DNA of 64,000 nucleotides from an uncultured Pseudomonadales bacterium. Lineage in GTDB: Bacteria > Pseudomonadota > Gammaproteobacteria > Pseudomonadales > JADFDG01. How positions within the stretch are numbered: the stretch's first letter is position 1; every line of letters begins with the position of its first letter. The notes beneath the pieces are model-generated. The model saw only the letters and a list, made by a program, of their open reading frames with translations. It was not told the DNA's origin and did no database searches. The translations under genes and the position numbers were made by a program. The stretch covers positions 34,694-98,693 of the forward strand of contig CAZNPF010000004.1 of NCBI GenBank assembly GCA_964574995.1. Reading direction: 5' to 3'. Positions 59,991-64,000 of the stretch are shown here, in pieces.

Positions 59991-60725
59991 ATGAAAATTT
60001 CGCGCACACTTCCCCTGATTTTTCTTGCCGGCTTGCTGCCAACCATGGCGGCCGCCGTCATCAATGACATGCAGCCGCTCAGTGAAGAAGCCATGAGCGG
60101 CATTTCTGGTCAGCAAGGTGTTGCGCTCAACATCGAACTTCGCATCAACATGAAAGAAGACGGGCAGCCCGTCGATCCTTCCGAGTGCCCGAACGTCGGC
60201 GCACTCACAGGCGGCAGCAGCTGCCGCCTTGGCTTGATGCTTTCTGATTTGCCCGGTGCCTGGATCACCCTCAAGGGTTTTCGTGGCATGAATAAATTCA
60301 CCAACATTCGTTTGGATGCGTCGACGTTTGGTGGCAATTCGATACATCGCGACATCACCACCTACATGGGCGGCTATAACCCGAACAACAAACCCGCCAT
60401 TGCGGTAACTGCCGGTAACTGGGCGACCGCTTGCACACCGTTGGCCACTGCGGCTTGCAACACCTATCTCAATACCCCGTTGTATTTGGACTACATCACC
60501 GGACTGAGCTTGGAGCGCTTGTCTGCCGAATTCGATCTCGGCGCCACACCCGGCTACATGCGTGATGCTGTCGCCGGTGCGCCTATTTCGCTGCGGCTTG
60601 CGCACGGCAACAGCCTAGTGCCAGATCCAAACAACCCACCCAACGTGATCTTTGGCCCGTACGGCAACGAGCCGGCCAAGATTCGTCTGGATGGGCAATT
60701 CCAATTGCATGGCTTCGGCTATTGA
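59991..60725 (+). CDS. secreted paralogue B (244 aa)
   Basis: The start lies 1 nt after the gene A stop. Signal peptide MKISRTLPLIFLAGLLPTMAAA, then VINDMQPLSEEAMSGISGQQGVALNIEL. The C-terminus reads ...GQFQLHGFGY. Confidence 0.8.
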   Translation: MKISRTLPLIFLAGLLPTMAAAVINDMQPLSEEAMSGISGQQGVALNIELRINMKEDGQPVDPSECPNVGALTGGSSCRLGLMLSDLPGAWITLKGFRGMNKFTNIRLDASTFGGNSIHRDITTYMGGYNPNNKPAIAVTAGNWATACTPLATAACNTYLNTPLYLDYITGLSLERLSAEFDLGATPGYMRDAVAGAPISLRLAHGNSLVPDPNNPPNVIFGPYGNEPAKIRLDGQFQLHGFGY

Positions 60726-60768
60726 GGCATCAGATATGTCTGGATATCCGGATAGAGGAATACTGCGG

Positions 60769-62112
60769 ATGAATCACATTTTTCATCGTCGATCACCTTC
60801 CGCCCTCTGGCGCACATTCTTTGCTGCGTTGCTGGTCGCCCTTTATGCGTCACCGTCAACAGCATCCATGGTGGCCATGGATGAAACCGAACTGGAAAAC
60901 GTCTCCGGTCAGGGTCTGTTCTGGTCTGACAAAATCACCGGTAGCGAATTGGCCGGCAGCAACGCCTACTCCACACCGTTTACGTTCTATCGCATGGGCC
61001 TTGATGGCGAATTGGCACTCAACGCCAACTTGGGCAAAATGCAACTTGGTTGTGGTGGCGTCAACGATTTCATCAACGCACCTGCCGCTTGTGATATCGA
61101 CATCGATTACGCGAGTTTGATGGGCCGTAACGGTACCAACCCCGGCAACCCGCTCAGTTCATTCAAACTGACACGCCCCTATCTCGAGTTAGCCATCAAA
61201 AATGATGGGACGGCCAACCGCGAGATCGTCGGCCTCAAGATCGGTGCGCAAGCAGCGGACGGCGCGATCACGTCCGGTCGTCGCTATACGGTTAATGGTG
61301 CCGTCAACCAAGAAAACTCGCTGGGTTGGAGCGAGCCCACAAACGCCAACACACAGCCTGTACGTACGGCCGGCGCTAACTGCAACACCGGCGCGTCAGT
61401 TAATTCAGGCGTGTTGGGTTGCCACTCAGGCATCAACTCGGTGAGCGGATTCCTCGGCGCCGAAATGTCGATCTCCTTGCGTGTACAGGGTCGCGTCTGC
61501 GTCTTTATTTGCATCGGTCTCGATGCCTGGGGTTGCACCGGCCGTACCACCTTTGGCGGCGACAATTGCGGTACTGCCAAGGGCGACGCTCTGTTTGTCG
61601 ATATGGGCGGTACACGTATGCAGGGTCTGGGCTTGCGCTCCGCATTGCTGAACTTGAATGACGGTGGTGTTCTCACCAGCATCATCACGGAAGGCTATGC
61701 CTCACTGAATCTCGACTTACGATTGGTGCATAAGCTCACCTTCGATAACGGCGGTGATTTTGGTATTTCTTTCCAACGTGAGCCGGTGGCTTACCCGCGC
61801 TACAGCAAGATGACCCCCACCGCAGAAATGACTGCCAACGGCACCTATCCAAGCGCCATGGATGCGTGCGCCACAGCCAACTACGACACCACGCGTTGCG
61901 CTAGCGCCTACGCCGTGCCCACCAACACCGGTTGGTGGCTCAATGCACCACAAGTCAAATTGCTGGATGTCATCAACCCGTCCATCAACGTGGGTGACTT
62001 GAGTTTGGGCGATGCGCTGGCGCTGTTCGGTGCGCCAGGTTTGGTGGTGAACCAAGGTGAATTCAATATGACGCCGTACAAGAACTGCTACGGCGCAGCG
62101 CGCTTCTGCTGA
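60769..62112 (+). CDS. secreted paralogue C (447 aa), Cys-rich
   Basis: AGGA lies 9 nt upstream of the ATG at 60769, with an alternative ATG at 60736. Signal peptide ...ALWRTFFAALLVALYASPSTAS, then MVAMDETELENVSGQGLFW. Confidence 0.75.
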   Translation: MNHIFHRRSPSALWRTFFAALLVALYASPSTASMVAMDETELENVSGQGLFWSDKITGSELAGSNAYSTPFTFYRMGLDGELALNANLGKMQLGCGGVNDFINAPAACDIDIDYASLMGRNGTNPGNPLSSFKLTRPYLELAIKNDGTANREIVGLKIGAQAADGAITSGRRYTVNGAVNQENSLGWSEPTNANTQPVRTAGANCNTGASVNSGVLGCHSGINSVSGFLGAEMSISLRVQGRVCVFICIGLDAWGCTGRTTFGGDNCGTAKGDALFVDMGGTRMQGLGLRSALLNLNDGGVLTSIITEGYASLNLDLRLVHKLTFDNGGDFGISFQREPVAYPRYSKMTPTAEMTANGTYPSAMDACATANYDTTRCASAYAVPTNTGWWLNAPQVKLLDVINPSINVGDLSLGDALALFGAPGLVVNQGEFNMTPYKNCYGAARFC

Positions 62113-62137
62113 TCCCATGAAACGGAACACAGTTCGT

Positions 62138-64000
62138 ATGACAACCAATCATTTGCGACCCGCTCATCGAAACCTGCATCGCTTGATGCTGGCGAGTGCG
62201 CTGGTCTCTGTTTCTGCTTGGGCAAGCGCCGCCATGCAATCGTTGACTGAAGGTGAAATGTCTTCGGTGAATGGCCAAGCCGGTGTCGAAATCAATCTGG
62301 AATCAGCCGGTGTGTCCCTTGGCGGTTTCCGTCTCTCGTCCGATAACACCAACACCGTGACAGCGCTGGGTGATCCTTGCACCGGCGGCAATTGCGGTGG
62401 CATTTGGGCCAGCGGCCTTTACATGACACCTGTGGGTGCTGCGCAAGGTACCGGCTACATAAAACTGGACACCGGTGCCGACAGCAACACCGCCATTCCG
62501 TGGTTTTCTTATCAACTGCACCTCGACACGCTCAGAACGGGTGGTGCCGGCACCAACACCGGGTATGCCATCGGCGGCGTCGGCAGCACCACACGAGACA
62601 TCGGCCAAGTTGCGCTGATCATGCCACTGGATTTCAGCTTTGCCGGTCAGCCGTTCTATGGCCTGCCGAATGGCAATGTGGACGTCAATCTGCAAATCAA
62701 CAATGGTGCCCTGTTCTATCGTCAATTGGGCCCCGGGCACTCGCAGATTGCGGGTAGAAATGTTTACTTCCAGTGGTCGTCGCCCACCGACATTGCCGAC
62801 TACACGGTGGAAGGCTTTCGCATGTCGGGGCCAGCGTCGTACTTTCGCGTTGCTTTCAACGGCTACTACAAATTCCACGCCGATCAAGATATGGCGACCT
62901 TCACCGCCAATGACCGCCCCGGCATGAGTTTCAGTTGGGGCGGGCAACTCTATGACACGCTGCTCTTTAATCGCGGCGGCGGCCTCTGGAACACAACCAT
63001 CACGCAGGCCACCAATGTGGCATTCAATGCGGCAGGCACCGCCACAACGAACCTACCCACCGTCGCGCAAGGTCTGACGCAAGGATTGAATCTGGGTTTA
63101 CGTTGGAACTATCGCAATCCATTGACTCCCGCTGTTCCTGGCAATTTCCTGTGGAGTATCGGCCACCCGGAAGGTGACCAAGAAAACGTACAGTTCGGCG
63201 ACTGGCAGAATCTGCAACAAGCCACCGGTGCTGTGCCCAACCGTTATGGTTTTGATATTCCGATGATGGTCATCGATGCGGTTGCCGCACCGACTGCGAC
63301 GAACGCGGCAGGCAGTCTGTGCTGGGGCAACACGATGACGGGTGCGGCATGTAGCCCCGATGTCGACGGCAACAGCAACGGCGTATTCACCGATGTGCAC
63401 TATGACAACAAAGGCACACTGCTCACGTTGCGCGCCGGCACGATCGAGGGCTATCCCGCGCCATTGAGCAGCATCAACACACCAACTGCCGTGACCGCCA
63501 TTCGTAACGGCAATCTTTTGGCTTGGTCCAATCAAGTCACGATGTTGACTGGCGGCCCGAGCGGCACATTGGATTACCCAGCTCAATCTTGGGGATTGAC
63601 ATACACCCTGCCCAACATCAACTCCAACGTCTATACCTACGCCGGCGGCAACGAAGATGACACCGCCGGTGGCAGCCGCAACCACGGCTTGATCCTTGAC
63701 CTGCTGACCATGACGCAAAGTTATGGCCAATGGCAGTCGAACTACACGATTGCTGCTGGCGGTACTTGTGACCCCGTTTCAGGTGCTGGCTGCGTCAACA
63801 CCACACGTTGGAGCCAAGGCGGTCACATCATGATTGCCGATACCGCTGCGCAAATGGGTATCGGCTTTTTGGGTGGTAGCGCGCTGATCGCTATCGACGA
63901 TATGCGCTTGTGGATCAAGGACACCACGCTCGGCCAGGTGTATCCAAACAACCTCACAGGCGGTATTGATCTGTTTTCGCCGCGCACACGCATCAACATT
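62138..64000 (+). CDS. secreted paralogue D, at least 621 codons, open at the right edge of the window
   Basis: Not in the supplied track. I translated it by hand from the ATG at 62138 (alternative in-frame ATG at 62117) to 64000 and saw no stop. Signal peptide ...HRLMLASALVSVSAWASAA, then MQSLTEGEMSSVNGQAGVEINLE. Confidence 0.8.
   Translation, partial: MTTNHLRPAHRNLHRLMLASALVSVSAWASAAMQSLTEGEMSSVNGQAGVEINLESAGVSLGGFRLSSDNTNTVTALGDPCTGGNCGGIWASGLYMTPVGAAQGTGYIKLDTGADSNTAIPWFSYQLHLDTLRTGGAGTNTGYAIGGVGSTTRDIGQVALIMPLDFSFAGQPFYGLPNGNVDVNLQINNGALFYRQLGPGHSQIAGRNVYFQWSSPTDIADYTVEGFRMSGPASYFRVAFNGYYKFHADQDMATFTANDRPGMSFSWGGQLYDTLLFNRGGGLWNTTITQATNVAFNAAGTATTNLPTVAQGLTQGLNLGLRWNYRNPLTPAVPGNFLWSIGHPEGDQENVQFGDWQNLQQATGAVPNRYGFDIPMMVIDAVAAPTATNAAGSLCWGNTMTGAACSPDVDGNSNGVFTDVHYDNKGTLLTLRAGTIEGYPAPLSSINTPTAVTAIRNGNLLAWSNQVTMLTGGPSGTLDYPAQSWGLTYTLPNINSNVYTYAGGNEDDTAGGSRNHGLILDLLTMTQSYGQWQSNYTIAAGGTCDPVSGAGCVNTTRWSQGGHIMIADTAAQMGIGFLGGSALIAIDDMRLWIKDTTLGQVYPNNLTGGIDLFSPRTRINI

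Noticed and set aside
1-64000. Search for mobile elements, CRISPR arrays, tRNA or rRNA genes, and defence systems
   Set aside because: I saw no transposase, integrase or recombinase ORFs, no regularly spaced short repeats, and no cloverleaf-like or rRNA-like segments in the intergenic regions. No nuclease, methylase or toxin-antitoxin signatures were recognised.

Overview
This is a 64-kb chromosomal window of moderately high GC with gammaproteobacterial-type gene content. By eye I found no rRNA, tRNA, CRISPR array, transposase or integrase.

Gene content from left to right:
- ccoO (partial) and ccoN, the cbb3 oxidase genes.
- A small orphan ORF flanked by AT-rich DNA.
- A SpeE-like / GNAT / M14-peptidase operon, divergent from a RimK-type ATP-grasp ligase.
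- An acyltransferase, an MFS transporter, a patatin and a di-iron oxygenase.
- A type II secretion operon, gspEFGHIJKLM, with no gspC, gspD, gspN or gspO. A TauE-like permease is translationally coupled to its end and an orphan ParA follows.
- A six-gene signalling block lacking CheA, CheW and MCP: hybrid histidine kinase, CheR, a receiver protein, CheB, REC-PAS-PilZ and REC-PAS-GGDEF-EAL. It lies directly upstream of gspE.
- ttcA, an SDR, two acyl-CoA dehydrogenases, and YgjP-like, UPF0149-like and SLT genes.
- A tightly packed operon of TolC plus three membrane-fusion proteins. One carries a GAF-like domain and one is fused to an M50 metalloprotease. The operon has no pump or ATPase, and a 29-codon ORF sits at its 5' end.
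- A 2516-aa adhesin-like giant protein.
- A cluster of three uncharacterised genes, including an FAD-fusion protein set 12 nt behind ppsA; then ppsA and ppsR.
- At least four consecutive secreted paralogues that share a motif immediately after the signal peptide. The last of these runs off the right edge and is missing from the supplied ORF track.

The best candidates for undescribed biology are the secreted-paralogue cluster (58.1-64 kb), the pump-less TolC/MFP/M50 operon (36.5-42.5 kb), the orphan trio (50.4-54.4 kb) and the CheR/CheB-coupled hybrid kinase. All family assignments come from motif recognition by eye. No database search was run.
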